A DNA stretch of 64,000 nt from Candidatus Obscuribacteraceae bacterium (GCA_044226015.1 JBGAHS010000006.1:416001-480000), one strand, 5' to 3'. Positions 31,197 through 41,311 are shown, counted from the stretch's first letter. The notes: generated by a model from the sequence alone, not told the origin. Made by a program: numbers and translations.

Positions 31197-32643
31197 TGAT
31201 AAGCGCAAGCGTTCCATGAGATATTTGTTTCAAAACATCTTGCAAGGTCGGCAAATCAGGCGCCAGGTACATTTTGCTTCCGTTGCCACAGGCAGCCACC
31301 ATTCCTCGCAGAGTGCCAGGTCCTGATTTCTTTGCCGCAGCAGTTTGGAAAAATCCAATAGCGAAAAGACGAATTCCCTTTTCACCAGCTTCTTTGGCTT
31401 CTGGTTTTGGACTACCCGAGGTTGGTACCCCGTCCGTCAGCAAGATGATTGTCTTTTGACACTCCGGGCGGTGTGCTGGTCCCTCTAACATGTCGATGGC
31501 GCGGCGCATTCCTTCTTTTGTGTCTGTGCCATTGAAAGTGAGGCAGGGAGCGAAAGAGTCGACCACAAGCTGTCTTTTGCTCAAACCTTTGTCCAGATTA
31601 ACATGAGGATATCTATGTCCAGAAAAAGTCGAGAAGTCATCTTTGAGGTCAGACCCGTCGGAAGCTCTGCCTCCAAAAGTGATTAGTCCTAAATGAGCTT
31701 CCTCGGCACCATTTAATTGTGCAACGAAATCTTCTAAGGCTTGCTTTTCATCAGCAAGAGGTTGAACCTCTTTCATAGCCAATTTTTGATAGGCAGCTCT
31801 GAAACCTGGTTGAGGAGTCACAACGCCATTTGCAGCACCAAGATTTGCATGGCTAGAGGTGAAGACTGCATTGCTTTCAAGATTTCCTCGTTTGGCTTCC
31901 ACAAGAGCAGCCACTTGTACATCGTATGGCTGACTTGCAATCGGAGCAAAAAGAGGAGACTGGTTCCATTGAGCCCGGTTAGGATTCGGTATAGCAGGGT
32001 CACTGCCCAAGCGTCCCAGAGTCGGACAAGCTGAGGAGTTTCGCACCACAGTGTAAGTGACCTTGTTAGCGCCAGCATCATATGAACGCTTAGCCACAAC
32101 AGATCGGGTGGTTCCTGTCATTGAGTCAGAAATGTCGACCACCATTGCGATGTCGCCCTCAAGTCCTTCATAACCTGCAAGAGAATGAGTGTGGATAGGC
32201 GCGGTACCAAGTCCAAGATATTTTCCAAAAGCAGGCTCTAAGCCGAAAGCTGCTTTTGCAGTGACTCTACCTGTGGTTTCATCAACCAGTAAGTCAAAGG
32301 TGCCTGTTCCGACATCTGGACTGTCTGTGTCAACGCTAGTTGAGTATTCAGAGTGATCAAGAAAGGTACTCATCACCATATTTTTCTTGAAAAAACTAAG
32401 CGCTATTTCTTTGGCTTTGGACATATTACTAGCTGTTGAACCAGAACTGTTTGCTAAGAAACTGGCAGCGCCTAAAGATGCTGCATCTGTTGCTGCTTTG
32501 AGCTGTTTGGTAGCCATCTGCAAGCGAGACATCTCAAAGGCAAACAAACCAAGTGGAAGCAAGATCATATTGGCGCCAATAAGCAGCACGATCATGGTGG
32601 TGCCAGCAACTCGCCGTTTATTTCGATAGAACTTTCTTAGCAT
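31186..32643 (-). CDS. TadG-like protein with C-terminal vWA domain
   Basis: N-terminal hydrophobic helix plus QLKAATDAASLGAA (TadG motif); MIDAS DISDS, GT, LLTDG. Confidence 0.85.
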   Translation of the reverse strand: MLRKFYRNKRRVAGTTMIVLLIGANMILLPLGLFAFEMSRLQMATKQLKAATDAASLGAASFLANSSGSTASNMSKAKEIALSFFKKNMVMSTFLDHSEYSTSVDTDSPDVGTGTFDLLVDETTGRVTAKAAFGLEPAFGKYLGLGTAPIHTHSLAGYEGLEGDIAMVVDISDSMTGTTRSVVAKRSYDAGANKVTYTVVRNSSACPTLGRLGSDPAIPNPNRAQWNQSPLFAPIASQPYDVQVAALVEAKRGNLESNAVFTSSHANLGAANGVVTPQPGFRAAYQKLAMKEVQPLADEKQALEDFVAQLNGAEEAHLGLITFGGRASDGSDLKDDFSTFSGHRYPHVNLDKGLSKRQLVVDSFAPCLTFNGTDTKEGMRRAIDMLEGPAHRPECQKTIILLTDGVPTSGSPKPEAKEAGEKGIRLFAIGFFQTAAAKKSGPGTLRGMVAACGNGSKMYLAPDLPTLQDVLKQISHGTLALINED

Positions 32644-32656
32644 ATTCGCCTTTGCC

Positions 32657-33208
32657 TCACTTGGCTAAACCAGCAGGATGTTCTGAGAATTGACGATAGG
32701 TTGCGGTCACAGGAAAAGGTACCGTTAGACCAGGTACGTTACCGAACAGTGTGGGAGTGAGAGTGACTAAAGGCTCAACGGTGCCTGAAACCTGGACCTC
32801 CACCTGGTAAATATAGTCTTTGGTGGATACTGCAGTCAGGGGTGAATCAGTACGCAAAGGGGGTTTTCCAACTTTGGTAGGGTTTCCGATGATGAAAACG
32901 GCGACATCATTTGCACTGAAATCAACCCCAGCCAGACCATTTTCTTTCGTTGCTACGGCATCACGTTTCGCGATGTTTATCGCCGACAACTCACCCTTAT
33001 CTCCGTTCTCCTTAAAGGTTTTAGCTCTGGCTGCACTATGAACGGCGTTGTGACAGGCTGAATGAATAAAACTGGTTCTGAAAGCAATAGTTGCAAGATC
33101 TATAAGAGGCAACAACAAAATCAAGAAGAGGATAAAAATAGCTACCGGCAACTCGGCAATGCTTGACGCTCGTGCCTTCCTACCGCGCAGCTTGTGACTT
33201 GCGTGCAT
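32657..33208 (-). CDS. TadE-like pseudopilin
   Basis: RA|SSIAELP plus hydrophobic helix and ACHNAVHSAARA; GGAG RBS before ATG 33208. Confidence 0.75.
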   Translation of the reverse strand: MHASHKLRGRKARASSIAELPVAIFILFLILLLPLIDLATIAFRTSFIHSACHNAVHSAARAKTFKENGDKGELSAINIAKRDAVATKENGLAGVDFSANDVAVFIIGNPTKVGKPPLRTDSPLTAVSTKDYIYQVEVQVSGTVEPLVTLTPTLFGNVPGLTVPFPVTATYRQFSEHPAGLAK

Positions 33209-33417
33209 CGTACTCCACCCAGAGCGCCGCATGGTCACAGCGCACATACCCACCCGTATGGAATGTACCCGATGGGCTACGTCCAGTATCGGCTCAAGCA
33301 TCAATTTAACGTTCGGAAATAGCTCGACAAGGTGTAGAGAATCGAGGACAGCCAAAGTGCTAAACTCACAGGACTAGCAAGTCTATTCGGCTAGTATCAT
33401 CGGCAATTGGTAATTTC

Positions 33418-36400
33418 ATGGCAGACATTTTATGGTCTATTAGGGCAACTGACCTGGGCGAGTTTATCAGATACAAGTCGTGCGAAAGGCGCTTTAGACT
33501 TGCTTACAACAATCGGGCGTTGGCCAGACAATTGCCTTATGCGGCAAGACTCTTTGCGGGACTCGACCCTGTTCTCCAAGCGCATGGTAAAAAACGCGAG
33601 GCTGAGTGGGAGCATTATCTGCAAAAATTGGGACTGGAGAATCTAATCCAAACCCAAAACGCAGAGACAGAAGCAGCGAAAAGCGTTCAGTGGGATGATT
33701 TTCTCGACATGCTTTCCAGGCTCGGGCGCGATAAGAATGCTTACGTAAGAGAACTTTCGGTCAAGGGCAGCTTCGGTTCTTTTCATGTCGAGGGAAGAAT
33801 TGATTTTGCAATTATCTTATGGCGCAACGGAAAGCCTAAACTGCGCCTGGTTGAATGCAAGGCAAGCAGAAGAGACCAGACTTACCATCGCGCGCAGCTC
33901 TCAATTTACAAACTCATGGTATCGCAGTTAGTAGCAAACACCGGACGTGTTCCTGTTGGTCGCTTCGATTTCGGTCAAAACGATATCGAGTGTGTCGTAG
34001 CACGAATTGACGAAGAGACAAACAAAAACCAGGCCTTTTTGGAACTTCCATCGTTCGATCTCAGCATGATGGAAGAAGACGTGTTGCTGATGCTAGCTCC
34101 GGATGGAGCACTTTCCACGATTCTTGAAAAGGAGTTGGCAGCGCTAGATTATCAATTTGAAGCAAAATGTGACGATTGTGTATTCAACATTCATTGCTTG
34201 CCTGAAAGTGCCAGAGAAAGAAAATTGCAGTTGCTTGCTTGCGACCCTGCAACTACCCGCAGTATCGAAGAAGAAGGCATTAAGACCCTGGATGAGCTTG
34301 CAAAACTCGACCTGAATAGCCAGCAAGCGGACAATATTAATAAGTCAGCCAATTTTAGCGGCAGCTTACAGTTTTTGCAGTCAAAAGCTCGCGCGAGACT
34401 AAGTAGCCTACCATCAAATACTGAAGCAGCGGAACCCGTTCATTTTTTGTCATATCGTGTTTTCAGCCAGCTGCCAGAGCACGATTGCATGGGTCAGAGC
34501 TTGATTCGCATCTATATTTGCGTTGATTATGATTACAGTGAGAATCGCATTGCTGCAATCACCGCTCATGTGACAAATAGCGGCGGATTTTTGCATACGC
34601 CCTGGAATGATGACACTCCCATTGCCGATGTAATCGAGAGAGTTGGGATTAGCACAGAAGACGAGCTAGCATCTTGCAATATCGAATGGAAAGACTCTGA
34701 ACTTAACGGCATCGATATCAGTGCTCACATTGAGAAAGAATGGACAGGAGTCTATGCCTGGGACACGGCGTCTGAGAAAGAGATGCTAGAGCAGTTTTTC
34801 CAGGGTCTCGTAGAAGCAATCGTAAAGGTGAATAAGGGCAAAGCTCATGCTCCGATACATTTCTATGTCTGGGGTAGAAACGAAATCAGTCGTCTGGTAG
34901 AAGCGTGTTCTCGGTCCAGCTCCGAATTATTAGGACACCTGCAGCAACTATTTGGTTGCAGAGAGTCGCTTGAGCAACTCATTTATTCGTGCCTGCAAGA
35001 TGAAGTAAACAATCGGTTTGGGCTAGCCTGGACTGGACGAGGACTACTGGTAGCAAGCTCTCTCGATTGGTATGGATGGAAGTTCCATTGGAAGCGCACC
35101 GTCAATGGTGAGCGAGTAGCACTTGATGAGAAATTCAGACAGGACATGTTTGACTTCACAGAAGAACTCAATTTTGCGCAAGGACAGTGGCTAAACGATG
35201 CTGATGTCGCTGCTGATAAGCACAGATTCGAATTGAGAAGCCAATTCAAAGACTCCCTTCCGATGGGCTATCTACATGCATATTGGGGTTCACTTGCAAA
35301 TCTGGAATCCAACACCAGCAAGACTGCAAGATCGGTAATCGAGAATTATCGCGGCGCTGAGTCTCCCGAATTACTTACAGAGTTTCTGATAGCGCGCGTC
35401 CACGCATTGAGGTGGATTGAGGAACGCATCGATAAAAAGAGCTCTGCATTGCAGAAGCCTCCAATGTTTCTCAAAGACTTGCCCAAATTCTCGCTAGGCA
35501 TTGACCATCCAGCGAAGGCTTCGATTGATTTTCTTCGTCTCGATTTTCACATCAAATTTACAGACTGGCTTGCAGAACACCTGCATGCACCTGTTGAAAG
35601 AGTGAGCTCTGGACGAACAATACCGGTGAGAGATGTTCGCGCGAAAAATGGTAAGTTATTTGCGAAAATTGATCTTGAAGGTTATGGAATAAGCACTGAA
35701 GACTTGTCTGCGCGCTCAAGCATTGAGACAGGTTCGTTTATCAGACTGAGCCCCTGCGAAGCTGACCCAGCCACATCTCAAAGCCTATTGCAATTCGGAC
35801 GACAGGGCGTTACAGCAATAATTGAAAGCCTCGACTGGAAAACCCAAGTTGTAGAGATGAGTCCGTTCAGCATGCAAGGCGATCGATATCGCCTTCCGAG
35901 CAGGCAAATAGATAGATATTCGGATTCCTTGATTTTCAAGTATGCAACTATCGATGAAAGTCCTTCCGACTTTGTTTCCACGCGAGTCGAACAGCGCCTG
36001 CTTTCAAAAATCGGACGACACGCTTACGATTGGTTTGATCGAACGAAGCCACAGATTCCTCATGCAGAGCAACTCACGGACATAGAACTTCAGAGTCTAA
36101 AAAAAATGGTTCGGCACTTCAAGCCGACCGGTACGAGTGAACTAGCAGTAGATCAAGCTAATGCTATTTTGATTGGCTTGAACTCAACTGTTCAACTATT
36201 GCAAGGTCCACCCGGAACAGGAAAAACCACAACAACGGCTGCTGCAATTCTAGCGAGAGTACTTGCAAAAAAACAAAAAACGACGGTGGTGGTTTCTGCA
36301 ACCACCCATACTGCAATTGACACCCTGCTTCAACGAATCGCTGATATTGAATCTCCGATGCGAACAGAGGCTGCTGAAAATGGCTTCGAACTTAAACAAC

Positions 36401-37632
36401 TAAAGATAGTTAAAGTCGGCTCAGAATCAGAAACTAATGAGCCTGGAAATGTCATCAACAGTGCAAAAGCAGATAAAAGTACCTGGCAAAAATTGTCTCT
36501 GCTGCAAAAAGACTCGATTCTAATCTTAGGGGGAACCGTCGGTTCATTGCTTAAGATGGGCTTAGACCCAGAGTTCAGGGCAGACCTGCTGATTATAGAT
36601 GAAGCAAGCATGATGGTGTTTCCACATTTTCTTTCTCTTGCCACACTTGTGCGGGCATCAGGAAAAATCATGCTCGCAGGCGACCATAGACAGTTATCTC
36701 CCATACTTGCTCATGATTGGGAACGAGAAGATCGCCCACCCTCTGTTATCTATCAGCCTTACGTGAGTGCTTACAGTGCCATCAAAGACATTGCAGAAGT
36801 AACAGACAGAGAACAAGTCACTACATCAGCATTACAAATGACATTTCGTCTGCCAGACGAGATTCGTTTGCTTATTGCCCGACTCTACAAACTTGACGAG
36901 GTCGAATTGCATGGCACTACGGGTAGTTCACTAACAAGCAAGCGTTTGTCACAAAACAAAGGGGGCGGGGCAGCTCAAGGAGTGCGGGCTGCTGAGCAAG
37001 CAACTGAGCACGCAACTGAGCAAGCAACTGCAAGAGAAACAAGAGCCACTCTCATTGGCTCGAACCTGATAGAACTCACTTCAGACCAAGAATTCTTCCA
37101 AACAGTCTGGCAGAAAGAAACTGGACTCTACTTGCTTTCTCACACAGAAAGAGAGTCAAAGCAAAGCAACGAGCTAGAAATAAAGTTGATTGAAGAGTTG
37201 TTACGCTCCGCAAATCTGCCACCGGCATCAGTGGCGATAGTGACTCCTCACAGAGCGCAAAGAGCAATGCTGCAGACTCGACTATCAAAATTTTCTAGCA
37301 CTGTAGATTTGATTGATACTGTAGAAAGATTGCAGGGTGGTGAACGACCCAACATCATTTTCTCAGCGACCGTCAGCGACCAGGCAGCAATAGCTGATAA
37401 CGTGGAGTTCATTTTGAATCTGAATCGTTCAAATGTTGCCTTCTCGCGCGCAAAACAAAGACTGATTGTTTTGTGCTCTCAAACACTGATGAATTTTGTG
37501 CCTTCCGTTCTCGAACAATACGAGGAAACCCTTCTCTGGAAATCACTCAGACAGGTATGCTCAAAACTAGTTGGCAGCACAAGAATTGCCGGACACCGGA
37601 TAGATTTATTAAAACCGCAAGACTTTTGCTAG
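33418..37632 (+). CDS. RecB/Cas4-like PD-(D/E)XK nuclease fused to a Upf1/Dna2-like SF1 helicase
   Basis: GRIDF, VECK, QLSIY; Cys set SC...CDDCVFNIHC; helicase motifs QGPPGTGKT, DEAS, GDHRQL, TPHRAQ, TVERLQGGE, NVAFSRAK. Confidence 0.9.
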   Translation: MADILWSIRATDLGEFIRYKSCERRFRLAYNNRALARQLPYAARLFAGLDPVLQAHGKKREAEWEHYLQKLGLENLIQTQNAETEAAKSVQWDDFLDMLSRLGRDKNAYVRELSVKGSFGSFHVEGRIDFAIILWRNGKPKLRLVECKASRRDQTYHRAQLSIYKLMVSQLVANTGRVPVGRFDFGQNDIECVVARIDEETNKNQAFLELPSFDLSMMEEDVLLMLAPDGALSTILEKELAALDYQFEAKCDDCVFNIHCLPESARERKLQLLACDPATTRSIEEEGIKTLDELAKLDLNSQQADNINKSANFSGSLQFLQSKARARLSSLPSNTEAAEPVHFLSYRVFSQLPEHDCMGQSLIRIYICVDYDYSENRIAAITAHVTNSGGFLHTPWNDDTPIADVIERVGISTEDELASCNIEWKDSELNGIDISAHIEKEWTGVYAWDTASEKEMLEQFFQGLVEAIVKVNKGKAHAPIHFYVWGRNEISRLVEACSRSSSELLGHLQQLFGCRESLEQLIYSCLQDEVNNRFGLAWTGRGLLVASSLDWYGWKFHWKRTVNGERVALDEKFRQDMFDFTEELNFAQGQWLNDADVAADKHRFELRSQFKDSLPMGYLHAYWGSLANLESNTSKTARSVIENYRGAESPELLTEFLIARVHALRWIEERIDKKSSALQKPPMFLKDLPKFSLGIDHPAKASIDFLRLDFHIKFTDWLAEHLHAPVERVSSGRTIPVRDVRAKNGKLFAKIDLEGYGISTEDLSARSSIETGSFIRLSPCEADPATSQSLLQFGRQGVTAIIESLDWKTQVVEMSPFSMQGDRYRLPSRQIDRYSDSLIFKYATIDESPSDFVSTRVEQRLLSKIGRHAYDWFDRTKPQIPHAEQLTDIELQSLKKMVRHFKPTGTSELAVDQANAILIGLNSTVQLLQGPPGTGKTTTTAAAILARVLAKKQKTTVVVSATTHTAIDTLLQRIADIESPMRTEAAENGFELKQLKIVKVGSESETNEPGNVINSAKADKSTWQKLSLLQKDSILILGGTVGSLLKMGLDPEFRADLLIIDEASMMVFPHFLSLATLVRASGKIMLAGDHRQLSPILAHDWEREDRPPSVIYQPYVSAYSAIKDIAEVTDREQVTTSALQMTFRLPDEIRLLIARLYKLDEVELHGTTGSSLTSKRLSQNKGGGAAQGVRAAEQATEHATEQATARETRATLIGSNLIELTSDQEFFQTVWQKETGLYLLSHTERESKQSNELEIKLIEELLRSANLPPASVAIVTPHRAQRAMLQTRLSKFSSTVDLIDTVERLQGGERPNIIFSATVSDQAAIADNVEFILNLNRSNVAFSRAKQRLIVLCSQTLMNFVPSVLEQYEETLLWKSLRQVCSKLVGSTRIAGHRIDLLKPQDFC
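36992..37030 (+). repeat. In-frame 12-bp tandem repeat (CTGAGCAMGCAA, 3.25 copies)
   Basis: CTGAGCAAGCAA CTGAGCACGCAA CTGAGCAAGCAA CTG, encoding EQATEHATEQAT. Confidence 0.85.
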
Positions 37633-37695
37633 AATTCCTCTAATTTGTAGTTGAAATAAGTAGCGATACTTCAAAGGCATCCTGGGGGGAAAAAT

Positions 37696-38694
37696 ATGAG
37701 CTTCGGTTATAAGAGATCAATTATGAGTTTACTGGCGATTGGCTTACCTTTCGCGCTGACAGCATGCTCTAACTCTGAAGACCTCCAGGTGAAGATTAGA
37801 ACGCTTGAATCGGAAAATGCAGCTCTCAAATCCGAGATTGCAATTATGAAAGAGACCTATGCCAATGCTAAGACGGCGGAACTGAAAGCTGCTTTCAAAG
37901 GTCTGGAGAATGCACCTGCCAAGTCGGCCGCAAGCGGCACAGAGCCGTCGGATTCGGCGAAAGCTACTAGCAATAGTCAAACTGACGCCCCGACACAAAA
38001 TTCGGCAAGTGGCTCGCAAGAAGCGAATTCAGGTTCAAGCGAAAGTTCGAAGTCGTTTACGGACCTTGACGATACTCCCACAAAAGACATGATTTCTGAC
38101 CTGGCAAAACTCCACGTTTTCGATCAGCTCGGTTCAAAGTTTGAACCAAATAAGCCTATCACTCGTGCGGAATATGCCGAGTGGCTGTTCAAAGCGTACA
38201 ATGCGCTTGAGCCTGAATCAAAGCAAATTCGATTTGCTCCCCAAGAGAAACAAATTTTCAAAGACACACCAGAGACAACACCGCAATACAAGTACATTCA
38301 GGCACTTGCCAATGCAGGTTTCTCAATTGGTTATGACGATGGCACCTTCCGACCAGATAAGCCAATGACCAGAGAAGAGATGCTTGGAATTAAAATAGGA
38401 ATAGACGTGGGCAAAACGCTTCCCCCCTGGCGCAGTCAGATGGAGGCTGTATGGAAATTCAGTGACGGCAAGAGCGTAGACGAACGCTTCACAGGCTATG
38501 TTCACCAAGATTTCTATGTTTCGGGCAAACATGGTTCGAACATTCAGCGAGCCTTTGGCAAGATTGGAACTTTTAAGCCAAAACAGAGCGTACTGAGATA
38601 CGAAGCTGCTGCAACTTTATGGCAGATGGGGCAGTTTGGAGAAACACAAAACACAAACGTAGCAGCTGTTTTGCAGAGCCAAAAGCACATCTAG
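37696..38694 (+). CDS. Lipoprotein with S-layer homology (SLH) domains
   Basis: Lipobox LTAC; FTDL, FEPNKPITRAE, GYDDGTFRPDKPMTREE. Confidence 0.88.
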   Translation: MSFGYKRSIMSLLAIGLPFALTACSNSEDLQVKIRTLESENAALKSEIAIMKETYANAKTAELKAAFKGLENAPAKSAASGTEPSDSAKATSNSQTDAPTQNSASGSQEANSGSSESSKSFTDLDDTPTKDMISDLAKLHVFDQLGSKFEPNKPITRAEYAEWLFKAYNALEPESKQIRFAPQEKQIFKDTPETTPQYKYIQALANAGFSIGYDDGTFRPDKPMTREEMLGIKIGIDVGKTLPPWRSQMEAVWKFSDGKSVDERFTGYVHQDFYVSGKHGSNIQRAFGKIGTFKPKQSVLRYEAAATLWQMGQFGETQNTNVAAVLQSQKHI

Positions 38695-38708
38695 TTGACG
38701 ACGCCATG

Positions 38709-38733
38709 ACGGCAGATATTATGTCTTTGCCGT
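38709..38733. terminator. Hairpin after the SLH gene
   Basis: ACGGCA-GATA-tta-TGTC-tt-TGCCGT; no clear U-tract. Confidence 0.4.
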
Positions 38734-38840
38734 GAACCTCCGCTGATTAGTGAGTTCACTATGCAAAGGCTCCTTAGCAAAATCAAGCTTGAGCAAAACT
38801 GATTTGATACCATAGTATTTTGTATCAAACAGTGAGGCTA

Positions 38841-40097
38841 ATGGTGAGAAAATTAAGCGCGGCTTGCTTCTACATGCTCACTATTTTTGCTGCGTACCAA
38901 ACGTCTGGCTTGTGTGTCAGTGGAGAACCGACGTCCAATCAAACCAAGCTAGCGCCTACAAAACCGAAAATCACAAGAGAGAACCCAGAAATTGCAGCGG
39001 AAAGCTCTGCTCCAGCCACCAGTCCTGCATCCAGTTCCGCAAGAACCACCTCCCAAACGGCTCCAACTGCAAAATCCACCTCTGCAAAAGCCTCTAACGC
39101 CAGACCAAAAGCTGCGTCCGCAAATTCAAAGGCAGCTCTTGCAAAACCAGCGTCAACAAAATCTTCGGCAGAAAAATCGAAAACAGCGAAACCTCATACA
39201 CCTGAGCCGGATGAATTTGAACTGGCAAAAATTGACCTTGTCGACACAGCAGATAGCACAGAACTTAAAAAGACTCTGGCAAGCAAAATAAGATTTTGCG
39301 ATGAATTGATTCTAGGTTCGGCTGTTGAACACATGGTGGCACCCTGGTCTCGCGAGGACAAGCGTATTGCAAGCGAAACCCTAGAAAAGGCTTGCACTCT
39401 GGCACCAGGTTTGATGAAACGTGCACTCCGGTATGGACCGATTACTGTTTATCGAGCCGGCGAATCTACGGATCGGTTTGCCCAAGCATACCCACCATAC
39501 ATAGACAGCCCAAATACAGAGTTAGTTCTAGCAAGCAAGTTTTTCGAAGAGCCTGACCCCGGCATCTATGCTTTTGCGAAAATCTATCCGCGCAGACTAT
39601 GGACCTGCATTCATGAACTCAGTCACCTTGCCGATGCAGCGCATAAAGTATCTGGATCTCCTGAGTGGCTAAAAATACTTCCGAAGTTGTTGGCAGCTCA
39701 ACGAAGAGCATACAAAATGGGCGAGATTGCCGCGTATGTCTGCTGGAGCATGGGCGTTCCAAGCAAATATACAGGCACGAATGAAAGAGAAGCCCTGGCT
39801 GAATATACAACTGCACTTGTTCTAATCAAAGGAAAAACAAACATAGATGCAGATGTAGATACATACATCAAGAAAAATATTCTTTCCTCCCCGAATGGCA
39901 CCGATGGCTCCGTACCACTGGCGTTTGATGCATACAATTTCTTTGCCAGAAAAAACGCAAGTATTGAGGACTTGCAGAAAGCAATTGATCTTTTTAGCAA
40001 AGCTCTCGCAATAGATCCTCAATATCTACACGCGCAATATGGACGGCAGCTGGCAGAAATGCGTCTTGAAGCTTTGAAGAAAAGCCAAACGAAGTAA
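38841..40097 (+). CDS. Exported HExxH zinc metallopeptidase (anthrax-LF/ATLF-like) with C-terminal TPR
   Basis: Signal-like N-terminus, Ser/Ala/Lys linker, IHELSH plus YTGTNEREALAE, TPR-like AIDLFSKALAIDP. Confidence 0.7.
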   Translation: MVRKLSAACFYMLTIFAAYQTSGLCVSGEPTSNQTKLAPTKPKITRENPEIAAESSAPATSPASSSARTTSQTAPTAKSTSAKASNARPKAASANSKAALAKPASTKSSAEKSKTAKPHTPEPDEFELAKIDLVDTADSTELKKTLASKIRFCDELILGSAVEHMVAPWSREDKRIASETLEKACTLAPGLMKRALRYGPITVYRAGESTDRFAQAYPPYIDSPNTELVLASKFFEEPDPGIYAFAKIYPRRLWTCIHELSHLADAAHKVSGSPEWLKILPKLLAAQRRAYKMGEIAAYVCWSMGVPSKYTGTNEREALAEYTTALVLIKGKTNIDADVDTYIKKNILSSPNGTDGSVPLAFDAYNFFARKNASIEDLQKAIDLFSKALAIDPQYLHAQYGRQLAEMRLEALKKSQTK

Positions 40098-40114
40098 ATA
40101 AGTCCAGAGTAAAT

Positions 40115-41311
40115 CTAATCAGTTTTCCAGCCTAACTCACGCAACGCTTCATCAAATGAGCATCGCATCTTTTGCGTGTAGGCTAAAGCTGTGAGCGCCT
40201 TCTCTTCGTCGATGTATCCTTCGCGCAGAAGGAACTGACAGCGCAAACCGTTATGAAGCGTAGTTTCCTCGATCTGTCCAGTAGCGACAAGAATTTTTCC
40301 GAGAAGCGAAGTATTCGACATCGTCAACTGCATGGCCTCTTCGATGTCACCCTGATTCAAGACTCCAGCGCGCTTAAACAACTCCCCAAGTCGCAATGTT
40401 TCAGCATGATTTGTGGTTGGGTTCAGACCGAGTTCGGAGACCGCTTGCGGAAGCTCTTTCCCATTCACTACAACCTGCTTCAATAATTCACCAGCAGCAA
40501 CGGGTGGAACGCCGCCTCTGCCAACCATTTCCTGAATCGTAAGCGCCGTCTCGATTGCTTTTTGACTCAACAATTTCTTGTCAATCAAAATTTGCCCCAT
40601 AGGCTTATCAGTTAGCAAACAAGATTCAAGGGCATTCAAAAGGTCTTGCTCATTTATCAAACCTGACATCACAAGAATGTCGCCGAGCTTGATTTTACGC
40701 GATCCTTCCTCATAGTGAATGCCTTGCTCCATCAGCGATCGTTCAATGCTTATTTGGCGCTTGTGCGCAGCGTTCAGTCCTGCAACAGCTTGTTTGCGAT
40801 CGATGCGCTTGTCACGAATCAAAACTTGAGCATTCAAAGCTGACCAGAGAATTGAATGCGTAACAAAATTATTCACTATGAGAACACGACCCAATGGCAT
40901 CTGCGTCTTCACAGCAATACTCAAGCACTCTCTCAATTGCTCCTTACTGATGACGCAAGCTTCCATAAGCAAATCGCCCAGTTTGGTGAACACCGTATCT
41001 TCTTTTGGAGTCCATCCACATTTTGCAAGAGCAGCCCCGGCACTGAGCCCCTCTGTTTTCACCAGACTGAGAGCAGCTTTGATAGTTTCTACATCGACTA
41101 ATTTATCTCTGTGTAATGATTGCATCTCCACAGCAGCTACAAGAACTGGTGTGCTGAGAGTTCCTAACATAACAAGAGCTTTTCCTAGCGGCATTGACAG
41201 CGCAGAGCCAATCTCCATAGCTTGTGCCATCTGCTCATCGGTCACCAAACCGGCAATCATCAACAAAGAGCCAAGGCGAGCACCGCTTTTTTCTTCCTCA
41301 GTCTTTCCCAT
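40115..41311 (-). CDS. Stand-alone protein of four tandem MshEN-like modules (candidate c-di-GMP receptor)
   Basis: RLGSLLMIAG, KLGDLLMEAC, KLGDILVMSG and RLGELFKRAG, each followed by a second (P/L)(L/M)GxxL half. Confidence 0.8.
   Translation of the reverse strand: MGKTEEEKSGARLGSLLMIAGLVTDEQMAQAMEIGSALSMPLGKALVMLGTLSTPVLVAAVEMQSLHRDKLVDVETIKAALSLVKTEGLSAGAALAKCGWTPKEDTVFTKLGDLLMEACVISKEQLRECLSIAVKTQMPLGRVLIVNNFVTHSILWSALNAQVLIRDKRIDRKQAVAGLNAAHKRQISIERSLMEQGIHYEEGSRKIKLGDILVMSGLINEQDLLNALESCLLTDKPMGQILIDKKLLSQKAIETALTIQEMVGRGGVPPVAAGELLKQVVVNGKELPQAVSELGLNPTTNHAETLRLGELFKRAGVLNQGDIEEAMQLTMSNTSLLGKILVATGQIEETTLHNGLRCQFLLREGYIDEEKALTALAYTQKMRCSFDEALRELGWKTD

Noticed and set aside
33418..34220. 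cas4 / CRISPR-Cas locus
   Set aside because: The Cas4-like domain is fused to an SF1 helicase, and there are no other cas genes or arrays in the window.
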